Assembly (NCBI GenBank): GCA_050331735.1
Contig: JBHJGN010000019.1
Span: 80,169 to 144,168 of the forward strand
DNA length: 64,000 nt
Direction: 5' to 3'
Origin: Cyanophyceae cyanobacterium
GTDB lineage: Bacteria > Cyanobacteriota > Cyanobacteriia > Cyanobacteriales > JBHJGN01
Positions 38,430 to 47,627 of this stretch are shown here, one piece after another. Every line of letters starts with the position of its first letter. Within the stretch, counting starts at the first letter, position 1. Below the pieces are notes generated by a model. That model was given only the letters and a program-made list of their open reading frames with translations. It did no database searches and was not told where the DNA came from. Made by a program: the position numbers and the translations under genes.

Positions 38430-38535
38430 AGTTTTTCTCCTGCTGTCCTCAAGCCTGTTAAAACCACAATAACGCATTCAGCTCTTGAAGCCTGCCTTCT
38501 TCAAGACCGTATTTGCCGTACCTTGAGCTAAGATT

Positions 38536-38736
38536 TTAGGATGGCTTAACGTCGGCGATCAAAAAGCCCATCTGACATTCGTATAGGGGCGGTTGTTCTT
38601 CAGATTTGCAGAGCTCCTGACCACAGCCTAGCTTTCCCTGATGCCAGCGCGGATATCCGCGGCGATCGGCGAGTAAGCAGCCTTGACAAATTTGCTGAGG
38701 AGAAAGAATTTGTTCTTCTGTCAGAATAACCAGCAT
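38536..38736 (-). CDS. Hypothetical small Cys-containing protein
   Basis: ORF of 66 aa with an ATG start and five Cys (CQGC...C...C...C). No family recognised. Confidence 0.4.
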   Translation of the reverse strand: MLVILTEEQILSPQQICQGCLLADRRGYPRWHQGKLGCGQELCKSEEQPPLYECQMGFLIADVKPS

Positions 38737-38919
38737 GGCATCTTTTTAGGCGGTATCGCGAATGGCTTTTAAATCATTGTAATTAGAGTCGCTGACGCAG
38801 ACAGATAATTGCTACATAGCTTAACCAAGGAAAAATTTAGCTCCAGCCAAAAATATAGGAGAACTCTTGTTAATTAGAATAGATTTGAGAATCTCATGAT
38901 TAATCATCGAATAATTTAG

Positions 38920-40206
38920 GTGACAAACGTGACCGAAACTGATTTAATGCTTGCTCAAAGCGATCCAGAAGTTGCAGAAATTCTTCAGCTCGAACTCCAG
39001 CGTCAGCGGGATCATCTGGAGCTGATCGCGAGTGAAAACTTTACTTCGCCTGCGGTGCTGGCAGCACAAGGTTCAACGCTAACCAACAAATACGCCGAAG
39101 GATTGCCAGGAAAGCGCTACTATGGCGGCTGTGAATTTATCGACCGCGTAGAGAAATTGGCGATCGCTCGCGCTCAAAAGCTGTTTGGAGCGGATTTCGC
39201 CAACGTTCAGCCCCATTCTGGTGCTCAGGCTAACTTTGCCGTCTTCCTGGCTTTGCTGGAGCCAGGAGACAAAATTATGGGCATGGATTTATCCCACGGC
39301 GGACACCTCACTCACGGTTCTCCTGTCAACGTTTCCGGTAAGTGGTTTAAAACGTGTCACTACGGCGTCAACACCGATGGCTGGCTCGACTACGACCAGA
39401 TTCGGGAACTGGCGCTTAAAGAGCGACCGAAGCTGATTATCTGTGGCTATTCGGCGTATCCTCGCGTGATTCACTTCGACAAGTTTCGCGCCATTGCCGA
39501 CGAGGTGGGGGCTTATTTATTGGCGGACATCGCCCACATTGCAGGACTGGTGGCCACAGGTCATCATCCAAATCCAGTGCCCGACTGCGATGTGGTCACG
39601 ACAACTACCCACAAAACCCTGCGCGGTCCCCGAGGGGGCTTAATTCTCAGTCGAGATACCGAATTGGGTAAAAAGCTCAACAAGAGCGTATTTCCCGGTA
39701 CTCAGGGGGGACCGCTAGAGCACGTGATTGCGGCAAAAGCCGTTGCCTTTGGCGAAGCCCTCCAGCCAGAGTTTAAAACCTATTCTGGCAACGTCATTGC
39801 CAATGCCCAAGCGTTAGCCAAGGGATTAAGGTCGCGCGACTTTACCCTCGTTTCCGACGGCACCGACAATCATCTGCTGCTGGTGGATTTACGCTGCATC
39901 AGCATGACCGGCAAGCAAGCCGACAAGCTGGTTAGCGAAGTTAACATTACGGCTAACAAAAATACAGTGCCGTTCGATCCCGAATCTCCCTTTGTCACTA
40001 GCGGACTGAGACTCGGTTCGCCAGCGCTGACCACCAGAGGAATGGGCCCCGCAGAATTTACCGAAATTGCCAATATCCTCGCTGAGCGCCTGCTGCATCC
40101 CGACGATGAAACGGTTAAGCGAGACTGCCTGCACCGAGTTCAGTCTTTATGCGATCGCTTTCCCCTCTATCCGCACCTCGGCACTCCTGTGCCAGTGCTG
40201 GCATAA
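38920..40206 (+). CDS. glyA: Serine hydroxymethyltransferase
   Basis: ORF of 428 aa with a GTG start. It has [15 protein letters not shown] and the PLP-lysine region [14 protein letters not shown]. Confidence 0.93.
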   Translation: MTNVTETDLMLAQSDPEVAEILQLELQRQRDHLELIASENFTSPAVLAAQGSTLTNKYAEGLPGKRYYGGCEFIDRVEKLAIARAQKLFGADFANVQPHSGAQANFAVFLALLEPGDKIMGMDLSHGGHLTHGSPVNVSGKWFKTCHYGVNTDGWLDYDQIRELALKERPKLIICGYSAYPRVIHFDKFRAIADEVGAYLLADIAHIAGLVATGHHPNPVPDCDVVTTTTHKTLRGPRGGLILSRDTELGKKLNKSVFPGTQGGPLEHVIAAKAVAFGEALQPEFKTYSGNVIANAQALAKGLRSRDFTLVSDGTDNHLLLVDLRCISMTGKQADKLVSEVNITANKNTVPFDPESPFVTSGLRLGSPALTTRGMGPAEFTEIANILAERLLHPDDETVKRDCLHRVQSLCDRFPLYPHLGTPVPVLA

Positions 40207-40220
40207 CGAAAGCAAGAAAA

Positions 40221-40346
40221 GCGCCCTAGGCGCGAGGGAAGGGGGCAAGTTGCTCCGCAACGGGAAAAGGGCAAGGGGGAAGGGGGAAAGGGGGAATAAA
40301 TTAGCTTGTTCCTTCATTAAGTGTTCTTTCCCCGTCCCGGAGGGAC
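40221..40346. repeat. Modular repeat copy (upstream of the GT4 gene)
   Basis: GCGCC-cta-GGCGC (40221-40233), GTTGC-tcc-GCAAC (40249-40261), G tract 40262-40294, core aataaattagcttgttccttcattaagtgttc, then tttcccc GTCCC-gga-GGGAC (40334-40346). Confidence 0.85.
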
Positions 40347-40625
40347 ATTTCTCTCTGCTTCAGCTCGAAAAATTTTGAGTTCAACTGCCTCATTTTTCGC
40401 AACATGGGTTACTCTCTTAATCAGTTACCAGTGATTAGTGACTAGTCACCAATTATCGATGCTGAGTGTGAGAGGATAATGCTTAGTCAGTTACCGCTTC
40501 CCTGGGTCCAGGGTTACTATCTAATTGGCTCACTGATCAAGCAGCGCACCAACGATGGACCGCTCTATCACCGATTGTCAGGATCACTGCTCACTGTAAA
40601 ACGCCGTTATTGACTTTCCTTTCAG

Positions 40626-41672
40626 ATGCCTGTTGAGCTGTACCATCTGATTGCTTTCTTGGTTTCCGTAACCGTTGTGTTGTGGAGTATTCCAGATGTC
40701 AAAAATATTGGTCTGAAATTTGGCATTGTCGATCAACCAAACATTCGGAAAATCCACAAACAGCCAGTGGTAAGAGTAGGCGGAGTTTCCATCTTTGCCG
40801 GAACGCTTGCTGCTTTGCTGATCGTCTGGAGATTGGGGGGCTTCTCTGTGGTAGCTCCTCATGAAGTCGCAGAAGTTTGGGGAGTTATTTTGGGCGGCAT
40901 CGCTTTTTTTGCCATTGGTTTCACCGACGACATTTTTGATTTGAGCGCTCTGTTGCGGCTCGTCATGCAGTTTGCGGTGGCGATCTCCTGCTGGTTTGTT
41001 GGAGTCCGCATCGAATTTCTCTCGGTTCCCTTCGACGGTCTGATTCAGGTGGGATGGCTGAGTTTACCAATCACGGTGGTTTGGCTGGTGGGCATGGCCA
41101 ATGCCGTTAACATGATTGATGGCGTAGACGGGTTAGCGGCTGGAGTCTGTGGCATTGCGGCTGTCGTCATGCTCATTGTCAGCTTATTTATGCATCAGCC
41201 TGCTGCTTCTCTAATTGCGGCAGCCCTCGCCGGAGGGGCACTGGGATTTTTACGCTATAACTTCAATCCGGCGCAAATTTTTATGGGAGATGGGGGAGCC
41301 TATTTTATGGGCTTTACGCTGGCTGGAGTTGGCATTATTGGCCTAGTTAAAGCTGCCGCCGTCACGGCGGTGTTTCTCCCCTATTTAATCTTGGCAGTGC
41401 CCATTTTAGATATCTCCACCGTTGTGATCTCTCGCCTCCGCAAGGGGCAATCTCCGTTTGCAGCCGATAAAAGCCATCTTCATCATTGGTTGCTCGAGGC
41501 AGGCATTTCACAGCGGTTGACGGTGCTGTTTCTCTACGCCCTTACCCTGTGGGTCGGCAGTTTAGCGCTTGGTTTTTCCAACATTCCTAGCGGCTGGGGA
41601 TACGCAGTCGGGGCAACAATGCTGCTTGCTTATGTTGGGTGGCAGGTTTGGCGCAGTACGCGGAGGAAGTAA
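40626..41672 (+). CDS. Glycosyltransferase family 4 (MraY/WecA-type polyprenyl-phosphate sugar-1-phosphate transferase)
   Basis: ORF of 348 aa, multi-TM, with motifs NAVNMIDGVDGLA and FMGDGGAYFMGF. Confidence 0.85.
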   Translation: MPVELYHLIAFLVSVTVVLWSIPDVKNIGLKFGIVDQPNIRKIHKQPVVRVGGVSIFAGTLAALLIVWRLGGFSVVAPHEVAEVWGVILGGIAFFAIGFTDDIFDLSALLRLVMQFAVAISCWFVGVRIEFLSVPFDGLIQVGWLSLPITVVWLVGMANAVNMIDGVDGLAAGVCGIAAVVMLIVSLFMHQPAASLIAAALAGGALGFLRYNFNPAQIFMGDGGAYFMGFTLAGVGIIGLVKAAAVTAVFLPYLILAVPILDISTVVISRLRKGQSPFAADKSHLHHWLLEAGISQRLTVLFLYALTLWVGSLALGFSNIPSGWGYAVGATMLLAYVGWQVWRSTRRK

Positions 41673-41675
41673 GAT

Positions 41676-41834
41676 GTCCCTATGGGACGGGGAAATCGCT
41701 TCGCGATGGGGAAAGGGGAAGGGGAACACTGTTCCTCCAGAACGGGGAAAGACTACTTAATTAAAGAACAAGCTGATTTATTCCCCCTTTCCCCCTTCCC
41801 CTTTGCCCTTTTCCCGCGCTGTGGCGCTTCCCCC
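41676..41834. repeat. Modular repeat copy (downstream of the GT4 gene), core inverted relative to 40262-40346
   Basis: GTCCC-tat-GGGAC (41676-41688), ATCGC-ttc-GCGAT (41695-41707) and a G tract. Next come GTTCC-tcc-aGAAC (41731-41743), the core, then the C tract and GCGC-tgtg-GCGC (41816-41827). The reverse complement of 41731-41815 aligns with 40262-40346 over 85 nt with about 9 mismatches (aligned by eye). Confidence 0.85.
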
Positions 41835-41878
41835 ATCTACCAACCTGTATAGCAGCTAAACAAGGAAGATTATTAATC

Positions 41879-43129
41879 GTGAGTGCGGAAATTATTTGTG
41901 TGGGAACGGAACTGCTGCTGGGCGATATTCTTAACACTAACGTGCAGTTTTTGGCGCAGCAGTTGGCGAGCTTGGGGATTCCCCACTACCATCAAAACGT
42001 TGTTGGCGATAACGTTGAGCGACTCCGGCAGGTGATAGAAATTGCCAGCGGACGGTCTGCGGTCTTGATTTTTACTGGAGGGCTAGGACCGACTCCTGAC
42101 GACCTCACTACTGAAGTGATTGCCGACTTTTTTCAGGCTCCTCTTGTGGAAAGAGCGGATATTTTAGAAAACATTGCTCATAAGTTTGTGCTGCGGGGGC
42201 TACCGATGCCTGCTAGTAATCGGAAGCAGGCCCTGCTTCCCCAAGGAGCCGCTGTGTTACCCAATCCGACCGGAACAGCGCCAGGAATGATCTGGCAGCC
42301 CCGCGACGGCTTGACGATTCTCACTTTTCCGGGCGTACCTTCGGAAATGCGGCGCATGTGGCAAGAAACCGCCGTTCCTACGCTTAAAAGTCAAGGCTGG
42401 GGGGAAAAAGTCATTTATAGCCGCACACTCAAGTTTCGCGGCATCGGCGAATCGACATTGGCGGAAAAAGTCGCTCCTTTTTTCGAGTTAACTAATCCAA
42501 CGGTCGCACCTTACGCCTCACAAGGAGAAGTCAAGCTGAGAGTATCAGTCCTTGCTGCTAACGAAGCCGAGGCGATCACGCTCATTGAACCCGTTGCCCA
42601 ACAGCTCCGTAAGCTCGGTGGAGACGACTACTTTGGAGCCGACGACGATACGCTGGCTTCGGTAGTGGGACAACTTTTGCGGCAGTCTCATCAAACCTTA
42701 AGCGTTGCCGAATCTTGTACAGGAGGAGGTATCGGCGAAATGCTGACGAGAACTCCCGGCAGTTCCGACTATTTCTTAGGCGGGATTATTGCTTACGACA
42801 ATCGCATTAAACAGAAGCTGTTAGGAGTGAGTGCTGATGCCCTGACTCGCTTTGGAGCCGTCAGTCCGGCGGTGGCTGAACAGATGGCATTGGGAGTGAA
42901 GCAGCAACTGCAAACCGATTGGGGACTGAGCATTACTGGGATTGCTGGTCCCGGAGGCGGAACGCCGAGTAAGCCAGTTGGACTGGTTTATATTGGCTTG
43001 GCCGCTCCTAACGGTAGTGTAGAGAGCGTTGAGCATCGCTTAGGGGAACGGCAGCGAGCAACTATTCGCACCTTCAGCGCCTACAATGCCCTAGAGCTGC
43101 TGCGTCGTAAATTGTTAAAAAAAGCTTAA
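41879..43129 (+). CDS. cinA: CinA-family protein (competence/damage-inducible; NMN amidohydrolase PncC domain)
   Basis: ORF of 416 aa with a GTG start. It has the N-terminal MoCF-type domain AEIICVGTELLLGDILNTN and the C-terminal CinA domain LSVAESCTGGGIGEMLT. Confidence 0.88.
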   Translation: MSAEIICVGTELLLGDILNTNVQFLAQQLASLGIPHYHQNVVGDNVERLRQVIEIASGRSAVLIFTGGLGPTPDDLTTEVIADFFQAPLVERADILENIAHKFVLRGLPMPASNRKQALLPQGAAVLPNPTGTAPGMIWQPRDGLTILTFPGVPSEMRRMWQETAVPTLKSQGWGEKVIYSRTLKFRGIGESTLAEKVAPFFELTNPTVAPYASQGEVKLRVSVLAANEAEAITLIEPVAQQLRKLGGDDYFGADDDTLASVVGQLLRQSHQTLSVAESCTGGGIGEMLTRTPGSSDYFLGGIIAYDNRIKQKLLGVSADALTRFGAVSPAVAEQMALGVKQQLQTDWGLSITGIAGPGGGTPSKPVGLVYIGLAAPNGSVESVEHRLGERQRATIRTFSAYNALELLRRKLLKKA

Positions 43130-43496
43130 CTCTTGAGGCGCGGGATTCAAGAAATCTGTTCACTCCTTCGATCTTCCGGCAGTCTTTTTTCGACTAAGAT
43201 TCTAGATGAGGAGGAGCAGAAAAAAAGACCGCCAGCAGCCTGGAAGGACTTGCTGACAAGGATTTTGAAGTTCTACTTTGCCCCTTCCCCTGGGGCTTTT
43301 CCCTTCTAACTAAAGGACGATGCTCGGATACGGGATGTTTGTGCTAAGCTTAATATAAATACATAATCTTCCTAATCTGGTCGATTATCATAAAGAACAA
43401 AAAAGCACTCAAGAAAAGCATTTTTTTCACTGAGGTCTTTTTTAGATTCGCTAAAAAAATACTAGAAAGTACCCTATAGTAGGAGCCGCCTGTTCC

Positions 43497-43634
43497 ATGG
43501 ATTTAGGAAAAATCGTTGAAAAGCTAAAAGAGTGGGCCCAGAAACTGATTGAGATTTTGCTAGGACCAGAGGCGGAACCGGAGCAAGAACTCATTCCCAT
43601 TCCGGTTGACAAGCCCCAGCGCCGTCGCCGTTAG
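43497..43634 (+). CDS. Candidate small protein (45 aa)
   Basis: Own reading gives ATG at 43497, AGGAG about 12 nt upstream, and the product MDLGKIVEKLKEWAQKLIEILLGPEAEPEQELIPIPVDKPQRRRR. The stop is 2 nt before the aroQ GTG start. It is below the ORF-track size cut-off. Confidence 0.4.
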   Translation: MDLGKIVEKLKEWAQKLIEILLGPEAEPEQELIPIPVDKPQRRRR

Positions 43635-43636
43635 TC

Positions 43637-44101
43637 GTGCCCTCTCAGCGGGAGAAGCTCAGGATTCTGGTGCTTCACGGTCCTAATTTAAACCTGTTAG
43701 GACGCAGAGAGCCGCAAATTTACGGAACTCTAACGCTAGACAACCTTAACCGCCTTCTCAAAGAGGAGGCGGAAATTCTACGAGTGCAAGTTTCCTGCTT
43801 GCAGTCTAACCACGAAGGCGCGTTAGTGGATGCTATTCATGAATCCCTTGAGCAACACCACGGAATTTTGATCAACGCTGGAGCCTACACTCACACCAGC
43901 ATTACCCTACGAGATGCCTTGTCGGCTGTCAAAATTCCTATCGTTGAGGTGCATTTGAGCAACATTTACCAGCGGGAAGCGTTTCGCCATCATTCCTATA
44001 TTGCTCCGGTAGCGCTCGGTCAAATTAGCGGTTTTGGTGCTCGAAGCTACATACTCGGATTGCAGGCTTTGGTTCATTATTTGAGAGAAAAAAGTTCTTA
44101 G
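43637..44101 (+). CDS. aroQ: Type II 3-dehydroquinate dehydratase
   Basis: ORF of 154 aa with VLHGPNLNLLGRREPQIYG and HLSNIYQREAFRHHS. Confidence 0.9.
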   Translation: MPSQREKLRILVLHGPNLNLLGRREPQIYGTLTLDNLNRLLKEEAEILRVQVSCLQSNHEGALVDAIHESLEQHHGILINAGAYTHTSITLRDALSAVKIPIVEVHLSNIYQREAFRHHSYIAPVALGQISGFGARSYILGLQALVHYLREKSS

Positions 44102-44118
44102 CCGTTAGCCATTAGCTA

Positions 44119-44412
44119 TTAGTTAGTCAATTTGTAAAAAGCATCAACCCGGCTAAAAGGTTTCTTGAAGATAATAGCTGTGGGCAGATAGGTAAAGCCA
44201 ATATCGGCAAGATTGCTGCGTAAAACATCCTCTACTTCCTCATAATACTCACACTCAGAAATCGTCACGTCAATTTGGGGAAACGCCTGCCGGAACCGAG
44301 CGATAATTCGGGGAAGAATATGAGTATCAACGCTTCTAAAGCTTGCTACTCTAACCTGTCTTCCCTGTAATCCTCTGGCTGACTGTGCTTTTTTAGCAAT
44401 GTCTTCAATCAA
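44119..44412 (-). pseudogene. LysR-family regulator relic (substrate-binding-domain fragment only)
   Basis: The 97-aa ORF reads VRVASFRSVDTHILPRIIARFRQAFPQIDVTISECEYYEEVEDVLRSNLADIGFTYLP. It has no HTH domain and no distal half. Confidence 0.6.
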
Positions 44413-44427
44413 GCTCAGACAAGAAGT

Positions 44428-44790
44428 GCCCTATTCTTAGGAACGAGCGTAATTTCTCTTGCCGCCGCTGCCTTTGGCTGTACTCAGACCATTGCTATTG
44501 TGCTGACGCAGCAGCTTATTCAAGACAAGTACAAACAAGAACTGGATAGCCACCAATTAGCGGTTGATCTGGAAAATACGGCGGTGGCTTGGTCTCCGTT
44601 AATTCCCTGGAACATTGCCGAGTTAGTGCCTGCGACTGTGCTGATGACCGATGCCAGCTATATTTCCTACGCGTTCTATGTATCTTTTCTGCCGCTGTTT
44701 AACTGGATTCAGTGCTGTCGAAGTCGGTCTCATCCAAGGCTAAAGGCTCTCCTTGAGAGAGCGCAATTAGACATTGTTTACCTTTGTTAA
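44428..44790 (+). pseudogene. NhaC-family Na+/H+ antiporter relic (C-terminal fragment)
   Basis: Own upstream extension of ORF 44500-44790 gives LFLGTSVISLAAAAFGCTQTIAIVLTQQLIQDKY...LENTAVAWSPLIPWNIA, which resembles the last helices of NhaC-type antiporters (from memory). It abuts the LysR relic. Confidence 0.5.
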
Positions 44791-44894
44791 AAGAATTTAA
44801 CTCTTTTTGGGGGTTTGCTTTAAAAGAAATTGCAAAGTTTGCCTCAACCTCCCCTCAACAGGTTAATCTCGCAAGCATCGAGAGAGGATGAATT

Positions 44895-46925
44895 ATGAGT
44901 CGAATCGAACAATTTCGCAATGTCGCTCTGGTTGGACCTTATGCGAGCGGCAAAACGACGTTACTAGAGAGCATCTTGTTTGTCACGCAGGCAACGACAC
45001 GTAAAGGAAGAGTCAAAGACGGCAATACGGTGGGCGATAGTTCTCCAGAAGCCAGAGCCCGTCAGATGAGCGTAGAAGTTTCGGTTGCCAGCACAGAGTA
45101 TCAAGGCATTCACTTTACCTTTCTTGACTGTCCTGGCTCGATTGAGTTTACCCAAGAAACTGCTCACGCGCTCGTCGGGGTCGGAGCCGCCATCGTCGTC
45201 TGCGAACCTCTTGTGGAGAAGGTGCTAACGCTGGCTCCTCTGTTTAAGTTCCTCGATGACTGGCAAATCCCACATCTAGTTTTTATTAACAAAATGGAGC
45301 GGGGACAAAGCCACTACACGGAAATACTCCACGCCCTCAAATCGGTATCGAGCCGTCCCTTAGTTCCCCATCAGTATCCGATTCGCCAGGGACAGAACCT
45401 TGTTGGCTACATCGATCTGATCGGCGAACAGGCTTATCATTACCACCCCGGAAGTCTTGCCGATCCGGTTCCGTTACCAGAAGACCTGCAAGAACAGGAA
45501 AAGGCAGCTCGCAACGAAATGCTGGAAACCCTCGCCGACTTTGACGACCATCTTCTCGAAGAACTCATTGAAGAGATTGAACCGACCCAAGAAGAAATTC
45601 TCCAGGATGTGAAAAAAGACCTCAGTGCCGATCTAATTGTTCCGGTATTTTTTGGGGTGGCTGAGCAAGACGCTGGCGTGCGTCCTCTGCTAGATGCTTT
45701 AGTCAAGGAAACTCCGCCCCCAACAACGACAGCCCAGCGACGAGGACTCACGGTAGCAGCGAACGGAGACACAATCCTACAGGTGCTGAAAACCTACTAC
45801 ACCCTTCAAGGCGGACGACTCTCCTTAGCAAGAGTGTGGCAAGGGCATCTAAAAGATGGCATGCTCCTCGACGGTGTTCGAGCGAGCGGCATTTATCGCC
45901 TGATGGGAGGACAGCAGGAGGCTGTTGCAGAAGCATCTGTCGGAGCAATTGTCGCGGTTGGTCGTTTAGAAGGCGTTCAAACCGGGGACACGTTAACCAA
46001 TTCAGATCAAAAGCAGGATTTACCCAAAGCCGAGCCACTTCAGCCGGTTTATGCGCTGGCGATCGCCCCCGAAAACCGCCAGGATGAAGTTAAGCTCAGC
46101 AGTGCTATGAGCAAACTTATTGAAGAAGATCCCTCTCTGTACTGGGAGCAGCACGGCGATACTCACGAAGTCATTTTGTGGGGACAGGGAGAAATTCACC
46201 TCCAGGTGACGCTGGAGCGGTTGCGCTGCAAGTATAACTTACCGATGACGACTCACCGTCCGCAGGTTCCTTACCGGGAGACGATCCGCCACTTTACGGA
46301 GTGTCACGGACGCTACAAACATCAATCGGGGGGTCACGGAGCCTTTGGCGATGTTCATCTCGACATTAAACCGATGGCGCGCGGAGAGGGTTTTCGCTTC
46401 TACGAAACGATTGTTGGCGGCGTGGTGCCCAAACAGTACATTCCGGGAGTAGAAATGGGAGTGCGAGAGTATCTCGAACGCGGTCCTTTAGGGTTTCCGG
46501 TTGTCGATGTCGAGGTCACCCTAACCAATGGCTCGCACCACTCCGTTGACAGCTCCGAGCAAGCCTTCAAACAAGCTGCCCGCATTGCCATGACGGAAGG
46601 AATGCCCCAGTGTCAGCCTGTCTTGCTCGAACCCATCCTCTCGATTCAAGTATCGGCTCCGGCGGAGTTTACGTCTAAAGTGCTTCAGCTTGTCAGCGGA
46701 CGACGAGGACAAATTTTAGGGTACGAAGCCCTCCCTGACTGGCAAGGCTGGGATCAAATATTGGCCTATTTACCGCAAGCGGAAATGCACAGCTTTATCA
46801 TTGAGCTGCGGTCTTTAACAATGGGAGTTGGTTTCTTTAAGTGGCAATATGACCATCTCCAGGAAGTTCCTGAAAAGCTGACAGCAAGAATATTAGCAGC
46901 TAACAGCAATGGCAACGGAGCGTGA
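44895..46925 (+). CDS. Elongation factor G paralog (EF-G-like GTPase)
   Basis: ORF of 676 aa with G1 GPYASGKTT, G3 DCPG, G4 read as NKME, and EF-G domains II-V (for example HGRYKHQSGGHGAFGDVHL). Confidence 0.88.
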   Translation: MSRIEQFRNVALVGPYASGKTTLLESILFVTQATTRKGRVKDGNTVGDSSPEARARQMSVEVSVASTEYQGIHFTFLDCPGSIEFTQETAHALVGVGAAIVVCEPLVEKVLTLAPLFKFLDDWQIPHLVFINKMERGQSHYTEILHALKSVSSRPLVPHQYPIRQGQNLVGYIDLIGEQAYHYHPGSLADPVPLPEDLQEQEKAARNEMLETLADFDDHLLEELIEEIEPTQEEILQDVKKDLSADLIVPVFFGVAEQDAGVRPLLDALVKETPPPTTTAQRRGLTVAANGDTILQVLKTYYTLQGGRLSLARVWQGHLKDGMLLDGVRASGIYRLMGGQQEAVAEASVGAIVAVGRLEGVQTGDTLTNSDQKQDLPKAEPLQPVYALAIAPENRQDEVKLSSAMSKLIEEDPSLYWEQHGDTHEVILWGQGEIHLQVTLERLRCKYNLPMTTHRPQVPYRETIRHFTECHGRYKHQSGGHGAFGDVHLDIKPMARGEGFRFYETIVGGVVPKQYIPGVEMGVREYLERGPLGFPVVDVEVTLTNGSHHSVDSSEQAFKQAARIAMTEGMPQCQPVLLEPILSIQVSAPAEFTSKVLQLVSGRRGQILGYEALPDWQGWDQILAYLPQAEMHSFIIELRSLTMGVGFFKWQYDHLQEVPEKLTARILAANSNGNGA

Positions 46926-47040
46926 AGACCGACTTGAGCAATCGGTTCCTGAGAACCTTAAAGATAAAACTGAGAGCGCAAGGTCGAATCTTCTGTGAGA
47001 GGGGGTGGAGCGATAATCCCTCTCTCTTGTTGCCTTGGTA

Positions 47041-47125
47041 CAAAATTTCTTTGGCGGCTATTTCAAGCTCAGTCACCTTTCCTCGAGCATTTCTGCTGAT
47101 TCGAGCATGAGAAAAACGAGGCACA
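47041..47125 (-). pseudogene. Short relic homologous to the ClpP-like gene at 47628-48233
   Basis: 47041-47098 aligns with 47790-47848 at about 84 percent identity (aligned by eye, one 1-nt indel). A 12-nt gap follows, then more similarity. The translation ARISRNARGKVTELEIAAKEILYQ compares with ARIRMQQPAGNAQGRATDLEIAVQEILSQ. Confidence 0.5.
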
Positions 47126-47194
47126 AGCTGACGAGTGTTTGGAGCGCTTGGTGTCAGGAGGATAGAATTGTAGCAAGAAGATTGGGAGCCTTGT

Positions 47195-47542
47195 ATGGCA
47201 AAGAATCAGTCTCGGGAACAAGAGTGGCAAAGGGCTGAAGAAACCCGGAGAAGGGCTGAGAGCGAACGAGAAACTCAGGCACGACAGAGACAGTCTGCTG
47301 AAGAGGAACGGCAGGTTAGGGAAGAGCAACGGCAAACTCACGAGAACTGGCGGCAGGAAAGCGAAACAGCAAGGCAAGAAGCCGAAGCCGCGCGAGCAGA
47401 AGCTGAAATTGCACGTCAAGAAGCCGAAACTGCACGCCAAGAAGCAATAGCAGTACGGCGAATTCAAGAGGAGCAAGAGCAAATTATTGAAGAAATGCAG
47501 CAAACTCTCAAAGCCTATGAGACCCAGAAACAAAAAGATTAG
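47195..47542 (+). CDS. Hypothetical highly charged E/R/Q-rich protein (predicted single helix or coiled coil)
   Basis: ORF of 115 aa with an ATG start and GGGAG 8 nt upstream. It has a repeated ARQEAE motif. The opposite-strand ORF (47069-47533) is a low-complexity mirror, so the strand call is tentative. Confidence 0.45.
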   Translation: MAKNQSREQEWQRAEETRRRAESERETQARQRQSAEEERQVREEQRQTHENWRQESETARQEAEAARAEAEIARQEAETARQEAIAVRRIQEEQEQIIEEMQQTLKAYETQKQKD

Positions 47543-47627
47543 AATCAGCGACGCGGCATTCTTGTTGCACTAGAACGATGTTCGCGTTGCCAACACCGTA
47601 TCTTCGCTCTCGTAGTTTAATAATAAA

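Noticed and set aside
47069-47533. 154-aa Leu/Phe/Cys/Ser-rich ORF on the minus strand
   Set aside because: It is the mirror image of the purine-rich E/R/Q-coding repeats. The plus-strand ORF has an ATG plus an SD-like GGGAG. Only its 3' end (47041-47125) carries real clp-like similarity, which is reported separately.
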